The notes under the pieces are model-generated. The model was not told the origin of the DNA, did not search any database, and saw only the letters and a list, made by a program, of their open reading frames with translations. A stretch of DNA of 20,928 bases from Catajapyx aquilonaris (Eukaryota). Location: positions 62,001 through 82,928 of the forward strand of contig KZ538325.1 of assembly GCA_000934665.2 (NCBI GenBank). The letters run 5' to 3'. Below, one piece after another: positions 1-10,544 of this stretch (its first letter is position 1; each line of letters begins with the position of its first letter). Position numbers and translations under genes: made by a program.

Positions 1-818
1 TATTTATCGACGCTGCAGTTTTGGTAACAACAAACTCGTACTGAATGCCATGGGTCTCGTAAATGTTCCTGGGAGGAAGACTTGCTAATTTATATACAGG
101 GAAGGGCAGATGGCTCTCGAAGAAGTTTTTGGGACCCTAGGCCTTTTTAATAAAGTGAGATGGAAAAGAAGGGGGAAAATTCTTGAAAGATTTGGGCTAT
201 TTTGTGATCTCATAACTCATGAAGCTCATGTCAATGGCTGGACGGTCCGCACTTTTTGTGGTAAGCACTTGAAAGTTGTTGAAAATTGTAATTGCAACAT
301 ACTTACTTCTTAAAGTAATAATAGGACATAGCGAACGTTTGACGTACTGTACCTGAAACAAAGTACGTCTTGTACATTCAGACAGAGAAAAGTTAGAAGA
401 AACACAAGTTTCATTTAAATGCTTCGTAACTTTATATAACCTGGGAGTTGGTTCAGAATTGTGTTGCTTCATCTTGTTATCTCAGTTGAAAAACATGTGT
501 CTTGGTTTATTTTTACGAGCAATGTCAGGTAGGATGGAGGTCTCGAAGGAGACCGCTGAATTCTGTTTTAGTCGGGAGCAAACAACGAGGAAAACACGTT
601 AATGAATAGTCGGCCGGATAATGTTAAGTGGGCTAGGCTGCACAAAATAGCTCAATAGCGTCCTTGAGTTACGTTTTTCAGTGGCGTTTATGATATGTCA
701 AGTAGTAGTTCAGCTATCACAGCATTATATTCCTTTTTTATATACAAATATTGAAGGGAAACGCATATGACAGAAACTATGAATAAATAGGCATCTGTAA
801 AACAGGGAGTCTACGAAG

Positions 819-824
819 TTTATT
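819..824 (-). terminator. Candidate polyadenylation signal (AATAAA) of BHMT
   Basis: TTTATT on the + strand, ~300 nt downstream of the BHMT stop codon. Confidence 0.45.
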
Positions 825-1121
825 TAATCATCCATAAGTGGAACATTAAAAATATGGAGTGTTATTACACCACCAATTTCACTCTACATGTACGCGTCAC
901 GACCAGCTACATATTAAACAGTTGTAAACACCATCTCATTCTGTTACCCAATCACTCTACAACTACACTACAATTAATATTCGGTAGGTGTACTTGACAT
1001 CCTAATTGCAACAGTTCGCAGAAATTACTGCAGACGGAGAGAATTCACTGAAGTTGGACCATTAATTTCCCAAAGAGCATTCGAAATCATAATATCATTT
1101 TAAAAGGGCAAGTCATTGATT

Positions 1122-4100
1122 TCACATATTATTCTTAGCACCACCGGTAAAGGCCCAGACCTGGCTCATTTCCTTTTCGCTGGTGGTCTCCTTATGTTGG
1201 GTCAACTCTGCCATACCAGCTGTGACACCCCAGGCATCAGGGTGAGACAGTGAGCTGCAGTATGGCCTTCCAGAAGCAGGATTCATATTCTCCCAGTAGT
1301 CCCTTCGAGCCCTGGCCCTCACCCATGGCTTGGTGTGGATCTTAAGGCTCTCACCCCACATGGCGTGCTTGCTGGACGCCTCCGGTAGATGGCCTCGTTC
1401 AGGAGCTAGCTCTTCAGCCACTGCCCTGTGGGTTGCCAGGCACAAGTTACTAACGCTGATCGAAAATATCGAGTTTTGAGCAGCTCCAGGGTGCAGATAT
1501 GAATGCACCCGTTGTCTTATTGTAATAGCAGATAATATGTCGAAGGGGAAAGAGCGGGGCAATGAACTTTGAAGAAATCGAAAGGTAATTTTGCACTCAA
1601 CTGAAGGCAAGAGGTGCCGGGGACGAATATCAATGTTTTAATTAAATTATCCCGAACAATCGGATTTTACGTCTTGAAGAGACAGTCCTTATCGGAAAGT
1701 TTGATTAGTCAGATGCCAATATTGGCATTAGTTAGTTCTACAGCGTTGCAATAATATTTTCCTAACAAAGAGGAGTTGTTTGCACGAGACTGTCACGATC
1801 ACTAGGGCCTCCGTTGCCGATGCATTTTGATACATGACAAGGTAATTAATCAAAACAGCGGTTATTTATGGCCTATTTGAAATAACCCTAATTAGCGTTA
1901 GTTATGATCAATTTTACACCCAACTGCCACCAACATTAGCAACACCAATCTATTTTAATTTGCATGCCGTCAACAAAACAGCGCATGTTCCCCCGATACT
2001 CCTGGCCCATACACCCAAATCACTTAAACTCCTGCTAATAGCCTATAGTATGCGACGATTACCTAATATGGTATGGCTCCACACCACAGCATCCTCCAAT
2101 ATATCGAACACCAAGACTGTATGCCTCTCTAGCGTACTTGTGGAAGTCCCAACGAGTGCATATACGAGGCTCCAGGGCTAGAGATAGAACAGAGGGGTGT
2201 TTAAGCACACTCGTAATCTTTATGAGCGAATGCGATTGGTACCGAATGGAAATTCGGGCAGGTCGATGAAGCCCTGTTTCCCAGCGTCCGGGGTATGGAA
2301 GGCGAGAGGCTGGCACATCAGATACGGTTTCAGGTTGGTGGCATCCAGGGCGTCCTTCATCAGGCGTACCGTCCGTAGGGACACGAATGGGTCGAAATGG
2401 CAGTTGACACCCACTGTGAGGATATGGATTGGTTATGCCTTGTATTAAGAGAGGTGGGCTATGTTGGATTATGGACGCCATTTTTGGTCATACCCAGATT
2501 TGCTCCAGCCCTGGCCATCCGCACTGCACACTCTCCAGCCGATACCTTGTGCATGTCACCCTGCGGACCGATGCACATGGCAGCCCCCACTGGCTTTCCG
2601 CTTGACTTACATACCTCAATAGCCCACTCCATTTCTTCGATATGTTCAAAGTACTGCAAAAAAAACAGTATGTAACTTCAACATTATCAGGATGGCAAAA
2701 AACGACGTACCTCGCACATGAGGAAATCCACATTGTTGTCGACGAAGACCTGAACTTGCTTTTGGAACTCGCTTTGCACTTCGGCTTTACCCTTCCCGCT
2801 GAGATAAGACGGAGTTTGGCTAATCCCGCCTGCCACCAGGGCGCCACCTTCGTCAGCCACCTCCCGGGCCAATTTGCAGGCGGCGGCGTTAATTGCGCGG
2901 CCCTAAAATATCCAAAGTCATCGAGGGAAATCAAGAACATGTGCGCCATTTTGCATGGGTCAACGTACGGTGAACTTAGTTCCAGCATCGTGACCTCTGT
3001 TGTCCAATTTGTCATCGCTTGCGTAGAAAGTTAGGGCTTGCATCACATCCGACCCGGCTCTCAGGAACTCTCGGTGGAGCTGCCGGACTAGCAGTTATTT
3101 TATCAGTTTGTTATCTTAATAACATGGATATATGAATAACACAAAAAAAAGTGGAGTGGGGTTATCAGAGTCAACAAAACGGGCTCGCCGCATCAAAAAC
3201 CTAGCAGGGCACGCGACATGCAATGCACGATAAAGCTTTTAAACGGATTACAGCATGGTGCAAATCCCATTTCGTCACTCTTTGTCATGGCCTGCAATGA
3301 GCCAGGACATACTGATGTGGTGAGGGATTTAAGAAGTCTTAACAAATTTTTTGGGGGGAGAATTTATATGATTTAATAAGTGTGCACATATTTGAACCTA
3401 CCTGCTTCTGGATGTTCGACGGTGACCTCCGGAGTCCATGGACCGGCCTTGACATATCCGCGTTTCTCAAGAGCGAAGACGAATCCTCCATCGCCTATTA
3501 CCACGCCTTCGCTTAAGCGTTCTAGAAGCCCCTACGAAAAGATAAAAAAAGCGGAGGATGGTTAGGGTTGAAGAGAGGGGATCAGATTGATGAGGTTTCA
3601 TTTTCGTTCACTTCCGCTTCTGAGCTGATGGTCATTATGATGTCTCAATATCTCTCTCCTGCAATTCTGTTGGGGGAGATATTGAGTTACGTTGGTTTTA
3701 AGGGGGAGCTGCAGGTCAGCTAAGGGCCAGTGAAAATGGCGATTTGGAGTCAGATTACACCCACGCACCTTATTTCTTTTTATAGCAATTAGCTTGAACT
3801 TTACTGTAAATATCACTTGAATTCCATTTGATTAGCCCGCCTTTTTGAAAGTCAGGGTTAAAAAAACGTCCTTCACTTTGAGGCACACTGAACCGGTTTA
3901 CTATAGTAAAAGGGTGTGGTAGCAATCTGGCATTCCTTTTGGACCCTTGCTTTGGTGTTAATGCACTGGAGGTACAGTGTGTGTTCAAGTGTGGGGGTAT
4001 AGGGAGAGCTAAATTTAGAAAGGAATTTTTAGAGCCCTGTCCTTCCAGTGGATGGCTTCTGAGTGTCTCCATTGAAATAAGCACATTGACTTAAATTTTG

Positions 4101-4393
4101 TGTACTATTGAAAATAACAATTACAGTGTCTCTAGCTCTTTAAAAATTGTAACAGTTTTAGAACACATTTAAATAAATCGGGCAAGGACTATCGACTGCC
4201 ATATCCAATTATACCTACTATGAAATGATAACAATTATTATCTGCTTTGAATACTGATTACTACAGGTACAAATGTTGAATAACATCAAAACAGTGATAA
4301 TCGGTATTGATTAAATTACACATATGCACAGAATATATAACGCATATGGCAATTATCTTATAACTGTTATCTGCCTACCTTCCTAGCAGCCAT
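1122..4393 (-). CDS. BHMT: Betaine-homocysteine S-methyltransferase, 8 coding exons, ~401 aa
   Basis: Exons in transcript order: 4393-4379 (MAARK), 3531-3402 ([35 protein letters not shown]), 3087-2969 ([28 protein letters not shown]), 2902-2711, 2653-2494 (YFEHIEE), 2413-2243 (GVNCHFDP...[10 protein letters not shown]), 2177-2063 (LEPR...YIGGCCG), 1425-1122 ([25 protein letters not shown], stop TGA). All introns are GT-AG with consistent phases; total 1206 nt. Zn-ligand cysteines (GVNC, GGCC) and the GDGG and EYFEH motifs are intact. Confidence 0.96.
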
Positions 4394-5152
4394 TGTGGAT
4401 CTTCCCAGTCAACTTTACAAGACGACACGAAGCAAGAGAGTGAGGGTGAGTTACAGAATGTGTGGAAAGTCATATATGTGGAGAAGAAGGCGTGGCTCTG
4501 ACGCATGTATCTTCAAACGCCCAACCACTAACACCATTCTAAATACCCTATTGACAGGACCTACGAGGTCAAAGTGAGCTGACCGACCAGTCAAAGGGTC
4601 ACCCCCTTGATTCATCGGATACGAATTTATTGTAATGTACCACACCACTCGGAACGGATCGCAATAGAGATTTGGGGGGGGGGGNNNNNNNNNNNNNNNN
4701 NNNNNGGGGGGGGATCTGGAACATGGCCAGGTTGCAAGATACGTCGTGTTACTTTTCCTCTTCAAAAACCTGGACCACTATTTTTTCTGTCCTTTTCTTT
4801 TTGGCAGACCGCCTGCCTGCATTCGTTTCGACGATACATTTCCCCCCAAAAAATGGAAAAGGCCGGTTCTGGCCTGGTCCCAACTTGGGGTTCATGTCAC
4901 TTTATAAGATCGATTCTGTGTACTGCATTGAGAAATTTTCTGGGGGATGACCACCGGATGGAGGTCAGTGCGCTGTCACCACTTTTTATGTATACCTTTT
5001 ATGCAACGCCTTGTCACATGATAAGGTCAGATAGGCCCTGAGGGGGACACTTGTTTGCTACTAATCCAAACGTCTGTTCTGAGCTGGAGGGTCAACAGTG
5101 CTATTCCGACCGGATCAGGCTAGTATAGGCAAAAGTGTCGTTAAAAAACTTG
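4394..5152. promoter_or_regulatory. Putative bidirectional promoter and 5' UTRs shared by BHMT and DMGDH
   Basis: 759 bp between divergent start codons (BHMT ATG at 4393 on minus, DMGDH ATG at 5153 on plus). The interval contains a poly-G tract and an N gap. Confidence 0.65.
4674..4713. other. Assembly gap (21 N, 4685-4705) inside a poly-G homopolymer
   Basis: 11 G, then 21 N, then 8 G, read directly. Confidence 0.95.
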
Positions 5153-8100
5153 ATGATGCTACATTCTAGATTCAAGACACTGTTAACCCTTCAGCGTGGG
5201 TTGCCCCGTCTTGTGCACACCAGTGTTACATCGTCAAAGTGAGTATTGAGATTTCACCATGTGTGCTGTTTCTAAGAAAGGGAGCTAAGTTCAGTAGAGA
5301 TATGGTGATGGGAAGTGAATGACATTACGATGACCTTTTTGGCATGTGGACCTTGGCATTGATAATCGGACGCAACTGGTTGGAGGTCAACTCTGCGTGT
5401 AAACCAGATGGTACCTGATTGTCGATTGAGGTCGTTCAGGACATGCTGAAAGGTCATGGTAATCTGAGGGGGTCATCAAAATTGCACATAATAGGTTTGC
5501 ATACGTAATTTGCATAAGTCCTTCTGAAGGGCGACACGCGTATGATATAGCTTCATGTTTACACCATAACTGGATATGCCCACTTTTTTTCAACTACAAT
5601 CGTATGATAACTTTTGTTCGCAAGTTACTGACCCACGCCTCCTACAAAAACACACAATTTTGCAACAACAAAGCGCTAACCACTAATTAATATTGTTCAT
5701 TTATAGCACTGATGTTGGATCGGCATCGAAACCGCTCAAAGAGGCAGTTGACACTGTGATTATTGGCGGTGGAGTTGTGGGATGCAGTATCGCCTACCAC
5801 CTAGCCAAACAAGTTGGTGAAATTTTAACAATTGTTGTAAAGTCAACAATGTTGTTTCCGTCATATCCTTCCAAAGGACACTTTAAAAACCTGAGGATTT
5901 CACACCATTTCACATATACTCTAACAACCGTGTATGCCCCCAACCCTTCAATTTGTCCCCATTTGCAAAAATCAGATATGATATTCCGATACCCCCGCTT
6001 CAGGGATGGAAAGATGTGCTATTGCTGGAAAAATCCGAACTGACTGCCGGATCGACATGGCATGCCGCAGGGTTGACCACTCTGTACCACCCTGGTATCA
6101 ACATCAAGAATATCCACTACCACAGGTGAAATTACACACCTACAAACCAAGTTGCCAAAAAATGCTGACTCATAAACTTGCAGTATCAATCTATATGCTC
6201 AACTGGAGGCTGAGACAGGATTGGACGTTGGTTTTCACCGACCAGGTAGCATCAGACTGGCCACGTCTCCTTTGCGACTGGACGAGATGAAGTGAGTTTT
6301 TTGGCCCCACTTTTACCCCCACCACCCACTACCTCCACCATCATGTTCTCTATCGATTCCTGGTTCCTAGAGCCTTTTCTCCTAATGAGCGTAAGGAAAG
6401 GCAGGCATCCGGATAAATCCGCAGGCCCCATCCGGGGATATAAGCAACTAGAGGGTAAATCGCGACGTGACACGCGCGTGTCACGTCGATCAATACGACG
6501 GAAATGACTAATCAGCCGAAAGTTACGAATAAGGAATATTGCACGGATGCCATCTAATTGCACTAGTAATTTTGTGTCAAAACTTTAGCTTTCAGATGTC
6601 CCGACAGGGTTGGCAAAAGGCACCACAGCGTCTGGTGACACCTGAGGAGATTCATCAAATGTGTCCCATCCTGAATATGGACAAGGTGCGTCTGCTAGCT
6701 CCATTTTGTTTAAAATTATTAACCGCCTTTTAAGTCCTATAGGAAAATTTAATAATGCACGACACTGCTCGAGATGACTGATCCAAATTATTCAGGAGAC
6801 ATCATATCCTACCTTTTTTTTATTCTTCAAAAACGTACGAGCACTAGTCTTTCAGAGCAATTTCAGCGGAGCGCTCGAGTACCTAAAAGTGTGTTGACAT
6901 TTCCCTCGCCATTATGACGTAAAGAGGTAGAAAGGCATGGCAGATGAAAGTGCCCGTGGCTTGTTTACTTATATAAAAAAAGAGAGAAAAAAGTTCTCTA
7001 GAAGTCTAGAAGTGGCACTGTGAAGTCGTTTTGCTCCGAATGTTCATAGAGGCGTGTATTTTCCGACAGATTTTGGGTGGCTTGCTGACCCCTTATGATG
7101 GCCATATTGACCCATACTCGCTGACCCAGGCCTTGGCCAAAGGGGCTAGAATGTATGGAGCTACCTTGGCCCATCCTGTCCAAGTGACTGGATTGCGATT
7201 GAGATGGGATGGCCTATGGGAAGTGGACACTAGTCGAGGAGCTGTCAGAGCCAAAAGGGTTGTCAATGCTGCAGGTACAGTTCTTGCCCTTCCCAAGATG
7301 GCGACTATGTTGCCGTAAGCTTCCGCCAGGTTAACAATACCAATATGCACATTTTCCAGGCCTTTGGGCACGTGAGGTTGGCCGTTTGGCCGGAATGGAC
7401 CTTCCTTTGGTTCCGGTACATCACCAGTACATGATCACTGCCCCGGTACCTGAACTGGAGCAAGCTGACAAGGAGATACCGGTGCTGAGACACCTGGATG
7501 GGTCCATCTACTTAAGGCAGGAAAGGAATGCCCTGCTGTTTGGCCCGTATGAATCTGCAGAATCCATGAGGCTGTGCGAAGATTGGGCTAGAGATGGAGT
7601 GCCTCCAGGTTGGTCCATCAGTCAACTGCTGTCAGCCGCTGTCACAATCAGTGTCCTCATATAGGGTTTGGAAAAGAGCTGTTTGAGTCGGATCTAGACA
7701 GACTTGCGCCGCATTTGTCCATAGCCATGGATATGATACCAGCACTGCAGAAGGTCAGCATCCAACGTGTCATATCAGGTCCGATTACGTATTCACCTGA
7801 TTTGCTGCCGTTGGTGGGGCCCACGTTGCTGCCCAATATGTGGGTGGCCGTTGGATTTGGGTAAGATCTAGTATCCATTGTACTGACTTGTGGCTGACTG
7901 ACAGGACCATGCAGGTATGGCATAATTCACGCTGGAGGTGTGGGTAAGTACCTGGCTGATTGGATCACACGTGGAGAGCCATCTTACGACCTGATTGAGC
8001 TGGACCCTCTAAGATATGGGGAGTGGGCCGATTTGGACTACACGTTGGCCAAGGCTAGGGAGTCGTACGGTATGAACAATGCGGTCACGTATCCTTTGGA

Positions 8101-9875
8101 GGAAAGGCAGGCTGGTAGGCCCATACGTCGAAGGCTTAGTGGGGCTCATGACCAACTGGTAAATCGAGGTGCACATATGAACGAGCATGCTGGATGGGAA
8201 CAACCAGCCTGGTTTGCGTTGCCTAACATTCCAGCCGAGTACAAGCCCAGTTTTCGTAGGTACGTACTGGCCATGTACTGGTGAACCTCCATTTGACACA
8301 TACTTTTTCGACAGAACCAATTTTCACTACGCAGTTGAAAAGGAGTGTAACCGCGTAATGAACAAAGTGGGCATCATCGACATATCACCCTTCGCCAAGT
8401 TTGAGGTGATAGGTCCAGACGCCACCAAGTTTTTGGACCACGTGACAGCCAACGCTGTCCCAAAACCAGGTCGAACATGCATCTCGCACGTGCTGACCCC
8501 CAACGGACGCGTCTATGCCGAGCTCACCATCACGTGTTTGTCAGAAAACAGTTTCTTCGTGGTCACCGGCAGTGGCAGCGAGTATCACGACCTGAGGTGG
8601 CTCCAGATGCAAGCCAGATCCAACAAATTCGAGGTCACCTTCCAGAACGTGACTGAAGACCAAGGTTGCCTCAGCATCGCAGGACCCAACTCTAAGGAGC
8701 TTCTGAGACGCCTGACGTCAGACAACGTCAACAAATTTCCATTCCTGACAGCCAGAAAGGTATACCCCGACGCATATTTGATGACCATGAAATGTCAGAG
8801 TTATTTACCGTTCCATTCCTGTGGGCAGCGTTTTATGATTAGCCATTCAGCTCTCCCATGGTGCTCGTAAAAAGCCAGGCCTCGACGCCATGATTAATGC
8901 ATGACTTTTTCACCATTCTCTCATGGGATTGGGACACTAAATAAAATCAAAGTGTAGATTGATTTTAGCAGGGTATATACACCCTCAAAAATTTTGGATC
9001 GTACCTGTTGTTTTTCAGATGAAACTGGCCGATGTGGACGTGCTAGCTTTGAGGATCACATACACTGGAGAGTTAGGATGGGAATTTTATTGCGACAGAA
9101 GAGACACAAAGAATCTTTACACCACCCTGCTCAAAGCTGGCGACGATTTAGGTATCCCTTTTTTTCCGAAAGAGACACTGTATCTGCTAGCTTTACCTTT
9201 TTAAAAAAATATATCGAACGTCCCGTTTTCAGGAGTTGGAGACTTTGGAACGCACGCCCTCAACGTGCTTCGAATAGAGAAGGGCTTTCGGATGTGGGGA
9301 GCAGAAATGAACGTGGATATCACTCCTTTGGAAGCCGGATTGCAATCTTTTATTCGTTTCAATAAGGTAGGAACCGGTTCATTTAATCCATTCCGAACCA
9401 AGAAAATGCTGAGGGATTTACCAACAGGGTTCGTTCGTGGGACGTGAGGCGCTCGTTTCTAGGATGAGACAAGGGTTGGAGAAGAATCTGGTCATGCTCA
9501 GCGTCCAGAGCGAAGAGGTTGACCCCTCTGGGGATGAGACCGTCTGGTGTGAGGGAAAGGTCAGAACCTGAACTTTTGATTGTAGTCAGGGTGTGACTAG
9601 ATTTTTTGTCGTAGGTGGTGGGTAATACCACGTCTGGTTGCTTCAGTCATACTACAGGTCAGGTCCTGACATTTGCATATGTGCCGCCGTTTTTGACTGT
9701 GCCTGGAACGCAAGTGGAGGTAATATTACAGTAGGAAAAATTGTGTGAAAAAGTTGGAGATAATGTTATCTTGCAGGTGCAACTGCTGGACAAACTTTGT
9801 GTGGCCAAAGTTCTGCCGGGTGCGCCAGTCGAAACTCAACCGCTCAGGGCTAAAAAGAATGCGGAAATCGAGTAG
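5153..9875 (+). CDS. DMGDH: Dimethylglycine dehydrogenase, mitochondrial, 15 coding exons, ~853 aa
   Basis: Exons: 5153-5238 ([24 protein letters not shown], presequence-like), 5707-5812 ([12 protein letters not shown]-binding motif), 6004-6125 ([17 protein letters not shown], covalent-FAD His), 6184-6291, 6589-6685, 7070-7274 ([14 protein letters not shown]), 7360-7608, 7665-7860 ([22 protein letters not shown]), 7915-8259, 8315-8759, 9019-9151 ([11 protein letters not shown]), 9233-9366 ([11 protein letters not shown]), 9428-9559, 9615-9719, 9777-9875 (TAG). All introns are GT-AG with consistent phases; total 2562 nt. WHAAG, DPYSL and [12 protein letters not shown] favour DMGDH over sarcosine dehydrogenase. 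Confidence 0.94.
6463..6488. repeat. Perfect 26-bp palindrome in DMGDH intron 4
   Basis: CGACGTGACACGCGCGTGTCACGTCG equals its own reverse complement. Confidence 0.9.
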
Positions 9876-10052
9876 GAGAAAACTGGAAGAAGTTGTGGAA
9901 GGAACAATGAAGTTAGACGTTATCACTACATCTGACAGGTGGTGTCAAGTGAATGGGACCAATATAATATTCGTTTGATGAAACACTCCATATATTGCAA
10001 TGACCAAGATAATGACACATCGAATGGTGTTATTTTTATACATGTATCTATC

Positions 10053-10058
10053 AATAAA
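10053..10058 (+). terminator. Candidate polyadenylation signal (AATAAA) of DMGDH
   Basis: AATAAA ~180 nt after the DMGDH stop codon. Confidence 0.6.
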
Positions 10059-10190
10059 TGCGCATACTGTCACATAAACACGTAGGACACATTCACATGT
10101 CCTCTAAACTGGTTAAATACTGTATAATAGCTTTAATTTTATATCGACACAAAATTAGGGCCGTCATTGTTCCTCAATCATCGCTGTCAT

Positions 10191-10286
10191 ATGGTATGAA
10201 CATTTTCTTACAGTTACTAACAATGGTATGAACATTTTCTTACAGTTACTAACATATGGTATGAACATTTGCTTACAGTTACTAAC
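10191..10286. repeat. Tandem repeat, 3 copies of a ~32-bp unit
   Basis: ATGGTATGAACATTTTCTTACAGTTACTAACA starts at 10191, 10223 and 10256. There is one extra T between copies 2 and 3 and one T>G change in copy 3. Confidence 0.92.
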
Positions 10287-10544
10287 GTAATATTATGGTA
10301 TTGAGTTCACTAACGCCTGTCAGTTTGAAGTGAGCTCTGGCAGGTTGAGTTAAAGTATGGATAGAGAACATGCACACAACTCATGAAGGCATTTCCCTGT
10401 GAATGGATTAGACAGCGATCAACCTACTCTGAACATAAGAGATACACCAACAATGTATTCGCAAATCTGAATTGCACATTCAGGATGCAGAGGTCTATGC
10501 CTGACTCCAGACTTGCCTGAAATATTGACCCGAACAGTTGCAGG

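Noticed and set aside
1..480. Possible minus-strand exons of another gene (ORF 197-472; splice-like sites near 70, 305, 353 and 441)
   Set aside because: No consistent spliced frame or recognisable protein could be built; flanking sequence is needed.
2488..3034. Long ORFs 2488-3015 (-) and 2642-3034 (+)
   Set aside because: They are off-frame or antisense shadows of BHMT exons 3-5.
3581..3630. C/D-box snoRNA-like pattern (TGATGA...CTGA with ATCAG/CTGAT ends)
   Set aside because: Only ~50 nt, antisense to the host BHMT intron, and no recognisable guide sequence.
3697..4145. Possible TTAA-flanked DNA transposon remnant in BHMT intron 1, including a 14-bp palindrome TTTACTATAGTAAA
   Set aside because: The putative termini do not form convincing inverted repeats.
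10191..10286. CRISPR-like repeat length (32 bp)
   Set aside because: No spacers, and the context is eukaryotic; it is a plain tandem repeat.
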